From the NCBI GenBank assembly GCA_046583095.1, contig JAYGDB010000116.1:373-64372 (forward strand): a stretch of DNA of 64,000 nucleotides. The letters are read 5' to 3'. This document shows, piece by piece, positions 44,070-52,239 of the stretch (positions are counted from its first letter, which is position 1; the number at the start of each line of letters is the position of its first letter). Made by a program: the position numbers and the translations under genes. Origin of the DNA: Myxococcota bacterium (GTDB lineage Bacteria > Myxococcota_A > UBA9160 > UBA4427). The notes below the pieces were generated by a model. It was not told the DNA's origin, searched no databases, and worked only from the letters and a program-made list of their open reading frames with translations.

Positions 44070-45091
44070 CAGCCGAATCGCTCCATCCGTCGTGATGAGA
44101 CGAAGGAGATCCAAGCCTCCTTCGTGGTGTAGACAGGCTCGCCAAAGGTCTGCCAGCCGCGGTCGCCGTCGGCGATCCAGAGATAACGAAGGTAGTCGAA
44201 GAAGCCAGCCGGAAGATCGCCCGTCTGGTCCTGGGAGGGAATACTCGGCATGCGCTGCAGCAGCCAGTTCGGGAGCGGCAGGCTGCGCTTGCCGGCCAGT
44301 GCGAGCAGCGTCGAGAGCGGAAGCACTCCGCGACCGACGACGTTGTATACCCCCGGATGCGCCTCCAGGGTCGCCTTTTCGAAGACACTCACGAGATCGC
44401 CCTCGTGGATGAACTGCAGCAGCGGGTCATAGCCGAGCACGACCGGCACCACGGGCCGATCGAAGTAGCGCACCACGTGATCGACGTAGGTCGGCCCCAT
44501 GACCCAGCAGTGGCGGAGCACGCAGACCTGGACGTCCGGGTGCCTCGGCATCCACCGGGTCAGCAACTCCTCGGTCTCCACGCGATTCCGGATGCAGTGC
44601 GCATCGACATGCCCGGCGAGCGTCCGCTCCTCGTCGAGGAAATTCGGGTTGGTCGGATCGGGGCCGTAGAGCATCGTGGAGGAGGCCAGGACGAGCCGCT
44701 GCACCTTCGCGGCCGAGCAGGCGTTCATGACGCGAAGGCTGCCGAGCGTCTCCAACTCGTGGTCGTACTCGAGATTGGCGCTCGGGGACCTCCGAAACGC
44801 GAGGTGCACCACGACCTCCACCTGCTCGTCTGCCAGAATCGTCGCCAGGTCGCCGCTGGCGGTCGCATGGGTGAGGTCGAGAGGACGGAATGCGATACGC
44901 CCCTCGAGACCGAGCGGCTGGCGCAGATCGATGCCCACCAATCGCGGAGGGTCCGGAAGCGCCAGGAGCCGCTCGGCAAGGCGCTGGCCCACGAACGTGT
45001 TGAGGCCCGTAAGGGCGACGCTACGGGGTCCTCTCACGCTCGCCGGTCGCTCGCTCGGAAGCTGGGTTCCATCAGCCACGGCCGATACCAT
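44069..45091 (-). CDS. NAD(P)-dependent epimerase/dehydratase-family (extended SDR) protein
   Basis: Rossmann N-terminus 'VALTGLNTFVGQRLAERL' and 'VVHLAF'. The start could be the GTG at 45037. Confidence 0.75.
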   Translation of the reverse strand: MVSAVADGTQLPSERPASVRGPRSVALTGLNTFVGQRLAERLLALPDPPRLVGIDLRQPLGLEGRIAFRPLDLTHATASGDLATILADEQVEVVVHLAFRRSPSANLEYDHELETLGSLRVMNACSAAKVQRLVLASSTMLYGPDPTNPNFLDEERTLAGHVDAHCIRNRVETEELLTRWMPRHPDVQVCVLRHCWVMGPTYVDHVVRYFDRPVVPVVLGYDPLLQFIHEGDLVSVFEKATLEAHPGVYNVVGRGVLPLSTLLALAGKRSLPLPNWLLQRMPSIPSQDQTGDLPAGFFDYLRYLWIADGDRGWQTFGEPVYTTKEAWISFVSSRRMERFG

Positions 45092-45099
45092 CGTCGATC

Positions 45100-46158
45100 A
45101 TGGGCCAGTTGGGCAAGATCCTCGTCGTTGCCGATCCGCGATACCAGGATCACCAGGGGCCGGACGGCCACCCGGAGCGTCCGGAACGCCTCTTGGCGGT
45201 CGAGGAAGCGCTCTCGGAGTTCGAGGACGCGATCGAGCGTCGCTCTCCGAGAGCCGCCGAAGCCCACGAGATCCAGCGCGTACACGGACGCGAACACTGG
45301 GCTCGGGTCGAGCAATCCGCCGACCTTCCCCCCAGCCGCCTCGACCCTGACACCTACACGTGTCGGGAGAGCTTCGAGGTCGCGCGTCTGGCGGCCGGGG
45401 GCACGCTCGACCTCGCGTGCAGCATCGCCGCTGGCGAGGCAACGTGCGGGATCGCAGCCGTCAGGCCACCCGGCCATCACGCGGAGGCGGATCGGGCAAT
45501 GGGCTTCTGCCTGTTCAACAACGTGGCGATTGCGGCACGGGCACTCCAGGCCGAGCACGGCCTCGACAAGCTGTTGATCCTGGACTGGGACGTGCATCAC
45601 GGAAACGGAACCCAGCACTCCTTCGAGGACGATCCCTCCGTCCTGTACGCCTCGACACACCAGTTCCCCTACTACCCCGGCACGGGGGACTTCGGCGAAG
45701 CGGGGACTGGCCGCGGGCTGGGCACGACACTGAACATTCCGATGCCCGCCGGCTGCGGTGACGCCGAGTATGTCGGTGCGTTGGCGCGACTGCTGGTTCC
45801 CGTAGCTCTGCAGTATCAACCGCAGATGATCCTCGTGTCGTGCGGATTCGACGCCCACCGCGACGACCCGCTCGCCTCGATGGACGTGACCGAGGCCGGC
45901 TACCGGGCGATGACGCAAATCGTGCGATCCCTCGCCGACGAGACCTGCGACGGCCGGATCCTGTTCGTGCTGGAGGGGGGCTATGCCAGTTCGGGCCTGC
46001 TGGAGGGATCTCGTGCTGTGCTCGCCACGATGTCGTCCGCCGAAAACGAAAACACCAGTTATTTCAACAGGTTAGAACCGAACCGGACGCTTCGGAGCAT
46101 CCTCGAGCGGGCCGCCTCGGTACACGGGGGACGCTGCCCAGACATCGACACCGGCTGA
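45100..46158 (+). CDS. Histone-deacetylase-family (class II / acetylpolyamine amidohydrolase-like) deacetylase
   Basis: 'HPERPERL', 'RPPGHHA', 'DWDVHHGNGTQ' and 'YPGTG'. Confidence 0.9.
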   Translation: MGQLGKILVVADPRYQDHQGPDGHPERPERLLAVEEALSEFEDAIERRSPRAAEAHEIQRVHGREHWARVEQSADLPPSRLDPDTYTCRESFEVARLAAGGTLDLACSIAAGEATCGIAAVRPPGHHAEADRAMGFCLFNNVAIAARALQAEHGLDKLLILDWDVHHGNGTQHSFEDDPSVLYASTHQFPYYPGTGDFGEAGTGRGLGTTLNIPMPAGCGDAEYVGALARLLVPVALQYQPQMILVSCGFDAHRDDPLASMDVTEAGYRAMTQIVRSLADETCDGRILFVLEGGYASSGLLEGSRAVLATMSSAENENTSYFNRLEPNRTLRSILERAASVHGGRCPDIDTG

Positions 46159-46333
46159 ATTGAGATCCCCGCAGCATGCAAGTCCGCATGACAGCTAAGG
46201 ACACAAGTCAGCCCCGAAGTTGTCTCGGTTGGCATTTTTCGGTGGCAAATGGGAAAAATCACTAGTCTGGAGGTGGCGAGAGGGATCTGGTGGTATAGAG
46301 TGGCGCGCGAGGACAGCGGCGGAAACCAATCTC

Positions 46334-46789
46334 ATGTCATTTCGGGGCCGCTTCAATCACACGCTAGACAACAAGGGACGCGTCAGCATCCCTACGGGGT
46401 TCAGGATGGAGATCCAGAGGCTCGGCGGTGACAGAGCACCCATTCTGACGCGAGGCAAGGACCACCTCCGCCTTTACCCGGCCGAAACGTTCGATGACAT
46501 CGAACAGAGGCTCTCCACCAAGTCGAGCCTCAACCCGCACGTCGAGAAGCTCCAGCGCTTCATGATCGGCGACTGCATCCCGTGCGCCATCGATGCGCAG
46601 GGTCGCATCACCATCCCCGCACTCTTCCGCGACTTCGCCGACCTCGCGGGCAAGATCACGCTCTCGGGCGTGTTGGAGAAGATTGAGATCTGGAATCCCG
46701 ATCGTTTCGAGGCTGCTCAGATGCGCACGCTGGACAACCTCGACGAGATCCAGATCGCGGTGGATCAGAGTTCCAACGGCTCCGAGTGA
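46334..46789 (+). CDS. mraZ: Division/cell-wall cluster transcriptional regulator MraZ
   Basis: ATG at 46334. Duplicated SpoVT-AbrB motifs 'DNKGRVSIP' and 'DAQGRITIP'. 151 aa. Confidence 0.93.
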   Translation: MSFRGRFNHTLDNKGRVSIPTGFRMEIQRLGGDRAPILTRGKDHLRLYPAETFDDIEQRLSTKSSLNPHVEKLQRFMIGDCIPCAIDAQGRITIPALFRDFADLAGKITLSGVLEKIEIWNPDRFEAAQMRTLDNLDEIQIAVDQSSNGSE

Positions 46790-46813
46790 ACAAGGAGCCA
46801 CCAGGAGTTCGAG

Positions 46814-46828
46814 TTTTTTTGGGGGGGG
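46814..46828. repeat. Homopolymer pair T7G8 in the mraZ-rsmH spacer
   Basis: T at 46814-46820 and G at 46821-46828, read directly. Confidence 0.95.
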
Positions 46829-47010
46829 ACTGGGTGAGGCAACTCATCCAGTAAGAGAGGTCGGGGTGTCCCCGGGACACCACTGTATGACTGCGGGGCG
46901 GTTACTGGGGGGTACGCACCGTGGTCTAGGTTTTCCGGGGCACCCCACTCTTCTTCTGACTTCCCCGATCCCGTCTCCCAGGAGGCACGGACGGGAGGCG
47001 CCCCGCGGTA

Positions 47011-47982
47011 GTGGCTAGCGAATTCGCCCATCGCCCCGTTTTGCTCGCAGAGAGCGTCGGCCACCTGAATCTGAAATCGGGCGACGTCATCGTAGACGGT
47101 ACCCTTGGCGGAGGCGGCCACGCCGAAGCGATCCTGCACGACACGGATCCGGACGGCCGCCTGATCGGCCTCGACGTCGATCCCGACGCGCTCGAGGCAG
47201 CTGGCCGCAGGCTCGCCGGATTCGGCGATCGCGTTCGCATGGTTCAGGCGTCATTCCGCGACCTCGTTCGAGTTCTCGAGGAACTGGGGATCCCGAGCGT
47301 CGACGGCGTGCTCTTCGACCTGGGGGTGTCCTCGTTTCAGTTCGATCAGGCTGGGCGCGGGTTTCGCTTCTCGGGCGATGCCACCGAAACCGCCTCGACA
47401 CGGCTCGACATGCGAATGGACCCGACGCGAGGCGAAACTGTCGCCCAACTCCTGCGCCATGCCTCCGAGGCGAGCTTGCAGGAGACGTTCCAGAACTACG
47501 CCGAACTGCGCGGCTCCAAGCGACTCGCTCGCGCGATCGTGGAGGCTCGAAGCCAGGCGCCTCTCGAAACCGCCGCCGATCTGCTGCGAGTGATCCGCGA
47601 CGCTCGCATCGGCGGCGGCCGCCGGCACCACCCCGCAACCCGGGTCTTCCAGGCATTGCGAATCGCGGTGAACGACGAACTCGGCGCCCTGCGCGAGGGG
47701 CTGGACGCGGCGGTCACCAGCCTGCGTCCGGGCGGACGGCTGGTGGTGATGTCGTATCACTCGCTCGAGGACCGGATCGTCAAGCGGCACTTCCGGGACG
47801 GCCAGCGCGGCTGCACCTGCCCTCCCCGCACCCCGATGTGCGTGTGCGGCAACTCGGTGACGTGGGAAATTCTCACCCGACGGCCGGTCGCACCGACCGA
47901 CCAGGAGATCGCGGCGAACCCACGCGCCCGCTCCGCTCGCCTGCGGGCTGCCGAACGGGTGGCCGTGGGAGAGGCTGCATGA
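47011..47982 (+). CDS. rsmH: 16S rRNA (cytosine1402-N4)-methyltransferase
   Basis: 'HRPVLL', 'DGTLGGGGHA', 'DLGVSSFQ' and 'SYHSLEDR'. Confidence 0.93.
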   Translation: MASEFAHRPVLLAESVGHLNLKSGDVIVDGTLGGGGHAEAILHDTDPDGRLIGLDVDPDALEAAGRRLAGFGDRVRMVQASFRDLVRVLEELGIPSVDGVLFDLGVSSFQFDQAGRGFRFSGDATETASTRLDMRMDPTRGETVAQLLRHASEASLQETFQNYAELRGSKRLARAIVEARSQAPLETAADLLRVIRDARIGGGRRHHPATRVFQALRIAVNDELGALREGLDAAVTSLRPGGRLVVMSYHSLEDRIVKRHFRDGQRGCTCPPRTPMCVCGNSVTWEILTRRPVAPTDQEIAANPRARSARLRAAERVAVGEAA

Positions 47983-48566
47983 ACCGGCGTCGGACATCGA
48001 AACGGATCCTGGCAACCCGCTCCACCCGCTCCGTGAAGCGACAGCGACCGCGCCACCGCAAGACCTCCCGGCGAGCCACCCGATGGATTGCCCTCGACCG
48101 GCTACGCGCGCGCCTCGGCCGGTCGATCGATCGCTGGGCCGAGCGCACGTCGGATCGCGCGACCGATCCCGGAACCCCTCTCGTCGGCCTCGACATCACC
48201 AGGCTGCCGAGCCGACTCCGGACGAGTTCCTGGGGACCGGTCGCGATAGCGATCGTCGGCGGCGCCTTGTTCCTGGCGTTCCTGCGGATCGACGTGATCC
48301 GCATGGGCTTCACGCTGGCCGGGACGTTCGACGAGACGCACCGTCTCGAAGAGCTCAAGCGCGAGCTCACCGTGGACATGCGGCAGCTGCGGGATCCGGC
48401 TGCGCTCATCCGACACGCACGAGAGTTGGGTTTCCGTCGGGCAGAGCGTCTGATCGAACTCGACGGAAACGGCCCGGTGCACAGGCCCTCTGCTGTCGAG
48501 GAGCCTGCGGGCGCGATCGAACTCGTATCCGCTTCGCCCCGCCGCCCCCTAGGTGAGAACCCATGA
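47979..48566 (+). CDS. ftsL: FtsL-like division protein with a long Arg-rich N-terminal extension
   Basis: The ATG at 47979 overlaps the rsmH stop (ATGA). Single TM 'WGPVAIAIVGGALFLAFL', then the coiled 'HRLEELKRELTVDMRQL'. Position is canonical. Confidence 0.75.
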   Translation: MNRRRTSKRILATRSTRSVKRQRPRHRKTSRRATRWIALDRLRARLGRSIDRWAERTSDRATDPGTPLVGLDITRLPSRLRTSSWGPVAIAIVGGALFLAFLRIDVIRMGFTLAGTFDETHRLEELKRELTVDMRQLRDPAALIRHARELGFRRAERLIELDGNGPVHRPSAVEEPAGAIELVSASPRRPLGENP

Positions 48567-50686
48567 GATCGGCGACGCTGTCCGGTCCGTCGCGACGTCT
48601 TCGGCTGCTCGCAGTTCTGCTCCTCTCCTCGTTCTTGGTGCTGGCGGCGCGGGCGGCACACCTGACGCTTCTCGATTCGCGTGGCAAGGGTCGCGGCCAG
48701 CGACAGATCACCAAGGTGCTGCAACTTCCCGCGCCGCGCGGACTGATCGTCGATCGGCGCGGCGTCGAACTCGCTGTCACGATCCCAGCCCCGTCGATCT
48801 ACGTCGTACCCCACGCTCTCGGCGATCGCAGGCAAACGGCGCAGAAGCTCGCTCATGCGCTGGGGATGGATCCGGCGACCCTCGCTGCGGACCTCGAGCG
48901 GCGAACGCGCTTCGCGTTCGTCAAGCGCTGGACGACGCGAGAGGAGGCGGAGACGATCCGCAAGCTGGATCTACCCGGCGTCGGGATTCTCAAGGAGCCG
49001 CGGCGCGCGTATCCCGCCGGCGCACTCGCTGGACAGCTGATCGGCTTCGCAAATATCGACGAAGAGGGAGTGCGTGGAATCGAGCAGCAGGAGGACCGCG
49101 CCCTGCGAGGCCGGGCACGCACGGTCACTGTCGAACGGGATGCCCGGGGACGCCATCTCGTTGTCGATCCCTCACTTCCACGAGACACCGCGGGCGCCGA
49201 TGTCCGCCTCACCCTCGACGCGAAGCTGCAAGCAGCCGCCGAAGGGGCGCTGGCCAGTCTGGTCGAGCGGACAGGGGCGAAGGGAGGTTCGGTCGTCACC
49301 CTCGATCCGCGCACCGGAGACATCTTGTCCCTCGCCGAGCACCCCCCGACGGACCCGAACGACTTCCGCAGTCTCGACTTCAAGAGCACCCGCTCTCGCG
49401 CGTTCCACGACGCCGTCGAGCCAGGCTCGACCTTCAAGGTCTTCCTCGTCGCGGGCGCTCTCGACGCCGGCGTGATCCAGTCCGACGAGATGATCGAGAC
49501 CTCGCCGGGTTGGCTGCGAATTCCCGGCAAGACCATTCGCGACCACGAGGACTACGGCCGGATCTCCATCGCACAGATACTCGAGATCTCGAGCAACGTC
49601 GGTGCGGTGACGATCACGCAGCGCCTCGAGCCGCGACGCCATTACGAACTTCTACGGCGCTTCGGTTTCGGTCACAGCACAGAGAGCGGATTCCCCCAGG
49701 AGTCGGCGGGCATCCTGCGCCACTATCGGGGCTGGCAGCCAGTAGATCGCGCCACCCTGGCCTTCGGTCAGGGCGTGAGCGTCACGCCCGTTCAACTCGC
49801 GTCAGCCACGGCAGCGCTCGCGAACGGCGGCGTCTGGCAGAAGCCACGGCTCGTCGCGGCTCGTCGCAAGGCGGGTGGCACGTGGGAGGAGGTCCCCCGC
49901 GAAGCAGGCCACCGGGTGGTCAGCGCGAGAGCAGCCGCCGAAACGCTCCGAATGATGGAAACCGTCGTGAGTGCAACCGGGACTGGACGCCGTGCGTCCC
50001 TGCGCGGGCTGCGGGTGGCCGGCAAGACGGGCACCGCCCAGAAATTCGACACCGAGGCGGGTCGCTACTCGAAGACCGACTACCTGGCCTGGTTCATCGG
50101 CGTGGTGCCCGCGAACGATCCCCGGCTCGCAATCACTGTCATGATCGACGAGCCTCAGGGCCGGGCACACGGCGGGGGCGACGCAGCGGCGCCCCTCTTC
50201 GCGCAGGTGGCATCGGCTCAGCTCGCACATCTGGGCATCGTCACCGCACCCCAGTCGATCCGCTCGAGGCCCTTCCGCACGCTGGCGGCGAAAGCCGAAG
50301 AAGAAAAGGCGAGGCGACGGGCCGCAGCCCTGCCAGAGAAGAAGCCCGTCCAGGTCGCGAAGGCTGGGCGCAGTGACCGGAAGGCTATCGCCCCCGCGAG
50401 CCGTCCCGCGAAGGCGGCTCGGAGAGTCGTGGCGGTTCCGCGCGTACAGGCTCCGTCTCCGAAGTCGGTTGCCAAAGTGACTCATCTGGTCCCCGACTTC
50501 CGCGGCGAGACGTTGACTTCCGCTCAGGGCATCGCCGCCAAGGCATCGATCGTCCTGGAACTCCACGGTAACGCGCGGGGTCTCGTCGTTGAGCAGCGCC
50601 CGCACCCCGGAACCGTCGTGACCGGCGACAGCCCCCGCGTGCGACTTCGTTTCACGCTGGACTCACCTCACAGAGAAGAGGGCTGA
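48563..50686 (+). CDS. ftsI: Peptidoglycan D,D-transpeptidase FtsI (PBP3) with a C-terminal basic linker and a PASTA-like domain
   Basis: SxxK 'GSTFKVF', 'SSN' and 'KTGTA'. The C-terminal 'VPDFRGETLTSAQGIAAKASIVLELHGNARGLVVEQRPHPGTVV' is PASTA-like. Confidence 0.92.
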   Translation: MRSATLSGPSRRLRLLAVLLLSSFLVLAARAAHLTLLDSRGKGRGQRQITKVLQLPAPRGLIVDRRGVELAVTIPAPSIYVVPHALGDRRQTAQKLAHALGMDPATLAADLERRTRFAFVKRWTTREEAETIRKLDLPGVGILKEPRRAYPAGALAGQLIGFANIDEEGVRGIEQQEDRALRGRARTVTVERDARGRHLVVDPSLPRDTAGADVRLTLDAKLQAAAEGALASLVERTGAKGGSVVTLDPRTGDILSLAEHPPTDPNDFRSLDFKSTRSRAFHDAVEPGSTFKVFLVAGALDAGVIQSDEMIETSPGWLRIPGKTIRDHEDYGRISIAQILEISSNVGAVTITQRLEPRRHYELLRRFGFGHSTESGFPQESAGILRHYRGWQPVDRATLAFGQGVSVTPVQLASATAALANGGVWQKPRLVAARRKAGGTWEEVPREAGHRVVSARAAAETLRMMETVVSATGTGRRASLRGLRVAGKTGTAQKFDTEAGRYSKTDYLAWFIGVVPANDPRLAITVMIDEPQGRAHGGGDAAAPLFAQVASAQLAHLGIVTAPQSIRSRPFRTLAAKAEEEKARRRAAALPEKKPVQVAKAGRSDRKAIAPASRPAKAARRVVAVPRVQAPSPKSVAKVTHLVPDFRGETLTSAQGIAAKASIVLELHGNARGLVVEQRPHPGTVVTGDSPRVRLRFTLDSPHREEG

Positions 50687-52239
50687 TGCGCCTGTCCGCA
50701 CTGCTCGCAGCGTTGCCGGCCGAGCACGCCCCTCGCAGCTCCCCGTCTTCCGATCCGGTGATTCGCGGGATCACCTACGACTCGCGAAGCGTGTCGCCGG
50801 GCGATCTCTTCGTGGCTCTCGTCGGCACCGTGAGCAACGGACACGACTACCTCGAAGCCGCCCTGAAGCTCGGCGCAGCGGCACTGCTTGTCGAGGACGA
50901 GGCGAGCGCCCAGGAAGCGCTCGAAGCCGCATCCCGATCTACCCCGATCATCGCGGTCTCTGACAGCCGCCGAGCAATGGCTCCGATCGCGGCTCACTTC
51001 TTCGGTGAACCCGCGAGCGAACTCACCCTCGTGGGAATCACGGGAACGAATGGAAAAACGAGCAGCAGTTATCTCATCGAGTCGATCCTCTCGCGTACGG
51101 AGCGATCGACTGGCCTGATTGGGACGGTCGAGATCCGCTACGCGAACGAACGGTTGCGGGCCGTGAACACCACGCCCGAGAGCCTCGATCTACAGCGGGT
51201 GCTGCGTTCGATGCGTACCCAGGGCACCGCGGCGGTCGTGATGGAAGTGTCGTCCCATGGCCTCGAGCTGGGACGGGTCAACGGCTGCCGCTTCCACGTC
51301 GGTGCCATCACCAACGTCACCCAGGATCACCTCGACTTCCACGGAAACATGGAGGCGTATCTCGAGTCGAAGCTACGGCTGTTCCGGGAGCACCTTGTAC
51401 CGGACGGCGTGGCGGTCATCAACATCGATGATTCGTTCGCCCCACGCTCGCTCGAGGCAGCGACCGAAGCCGGGGCTCGCGTGATCCGCGCCACGCGCAG
51501 GGCCGACGTCGAGGCCGAGGTGAAGCTCCTCGAAGCCGAGGTCACACTCGCAGGCAGCCGGGCCCGGCTCCAGCTTCCAGCCGGCGAGATCAACGTCGAG
51601 CTGCCGCTGCTGGGCGACTTCAATCTCGAGAACCTGGTCGTCGCATGCGGAATCGCCGCGGCCCTCGAACTGCCGCTGACGACCATCGCGGAGGGCATTG
51701 CCCGCTGCCCCCAGGTGCCGGGGCGAATGGAACTCGTGGGACCCGAACAGGAAGACGTGCCGACCGTGATCGTCGACTACGCCCACACCCCCGACGCGGT
51801 CGACAAGCTGCTCGAAGCCGTGCGCGCCCTCACCGGCGGACGCCTGATCACGCTCTTCGGCTGTGGCGGCGATCGCGACCGCGCCAAGCGGCCGCTGATG
51901 GCCCAGGCTGTGGCGAAGTGGAGCGACCGCGTGGTCGCCACGAGTGACAACCCGCGCACCGAGGATCCGGTCCAGATCCTCGCGGGCGTCGAAGCCGGTC
52001 TTTCGGATCGTACGCGTGTCGAGCCCGAGGGTCTCGATGCAGCGAACGGCTCGTATACGCTCGAGATCGACCGCCGTGCGGCGATCGATCTCGCCATCTC
52101 CATCGCACGCGCGGAAGACACAGTGGTGCTCGCAGGCAAGGGTCATGAGGACTACCAGATCATCGGGAGCGACAAGCTTCCCTTCGACGATCGCGAAGAG
52201 GCCGGGCGCGCCCTCGCGGTCTGGGGCAACGCGCGATGA
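50686..52239 (+). CDS. murE: UDP-MurNAc-L-Ala-D-Glu:meso-diaminopimelate ligase
   Basis: 'GITGTNGKTS' and the DAP-specific 'DNPR' motif ('TSDNPRTEDP'). Confidence 0.93.
   Translation: MRLSALLAALPAEHAPRSSPSSDPVIRGITYDSRSVSPGDLFVALVGTVSNGHDYLEAALKLGAAALLVEDEASAQEALEAASRSTPIIAVSDSRRAMAPIAAHFFGEPASELTLVGITGTNGKTSSSYLIESILSRTERSTGLIGTVEIRYANERLRAVNTTPESLDLQRVLRSMRTQGTAAVVMEVSSHGLELGRVNGCRFHVGAITNVTQDHLDFHGNMEAYLESKLRLFREHLVPDGVAVINIDDSFAPRSLEAATEAGARVIRATRRADVEAEVKLLEAEVTLAGSRARLQLPAGEINVELPLLGDFNLENLVVACGIAAALELPLTTIAEGIARCPQVPGRMELVGPEQEDVPTVIVDYAHTPDAVDKLLEAVRALTGGRLITLFGCGGDRDRAKRPLMAQAVAKWSDRVVATSDNPRTEDPVQILAGVEAGLSDRTRVEPEGLDAANGSYTLEIDRRAAIDLAISIARAEDTVVLAGKGHEDYQIIGSDKLPFDDREEAGRALAVWGNAR

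Noticed and set aside
46241-46303. Possible MraZ operator or dcw promoter upstream of mraZ: repeated GGTGG/AGTGG boxes at 46241, 46272, 46289 and 46299, and an extended -10-like TGGTATAGA at 46291-46299.
   Set aside because: The box spacing is irregular (31, 17 and 10 nt) and the boxes do not match the reported TGGGN-type repeats well. No convincing -35 element is present. I kept it only as a note.
46863-46946. tRNA-like 84-nt element in the mraZ-rsmH spacer, with a 7-bp acceptor-like complement (GGGGTGT...GCACCCC).
   Set aside because: There is no D-arm and no T-loop consensus (no GTTCRANNC), and no plausible anticodon stem. The internal hairpin competes with the putative acceptor stem.
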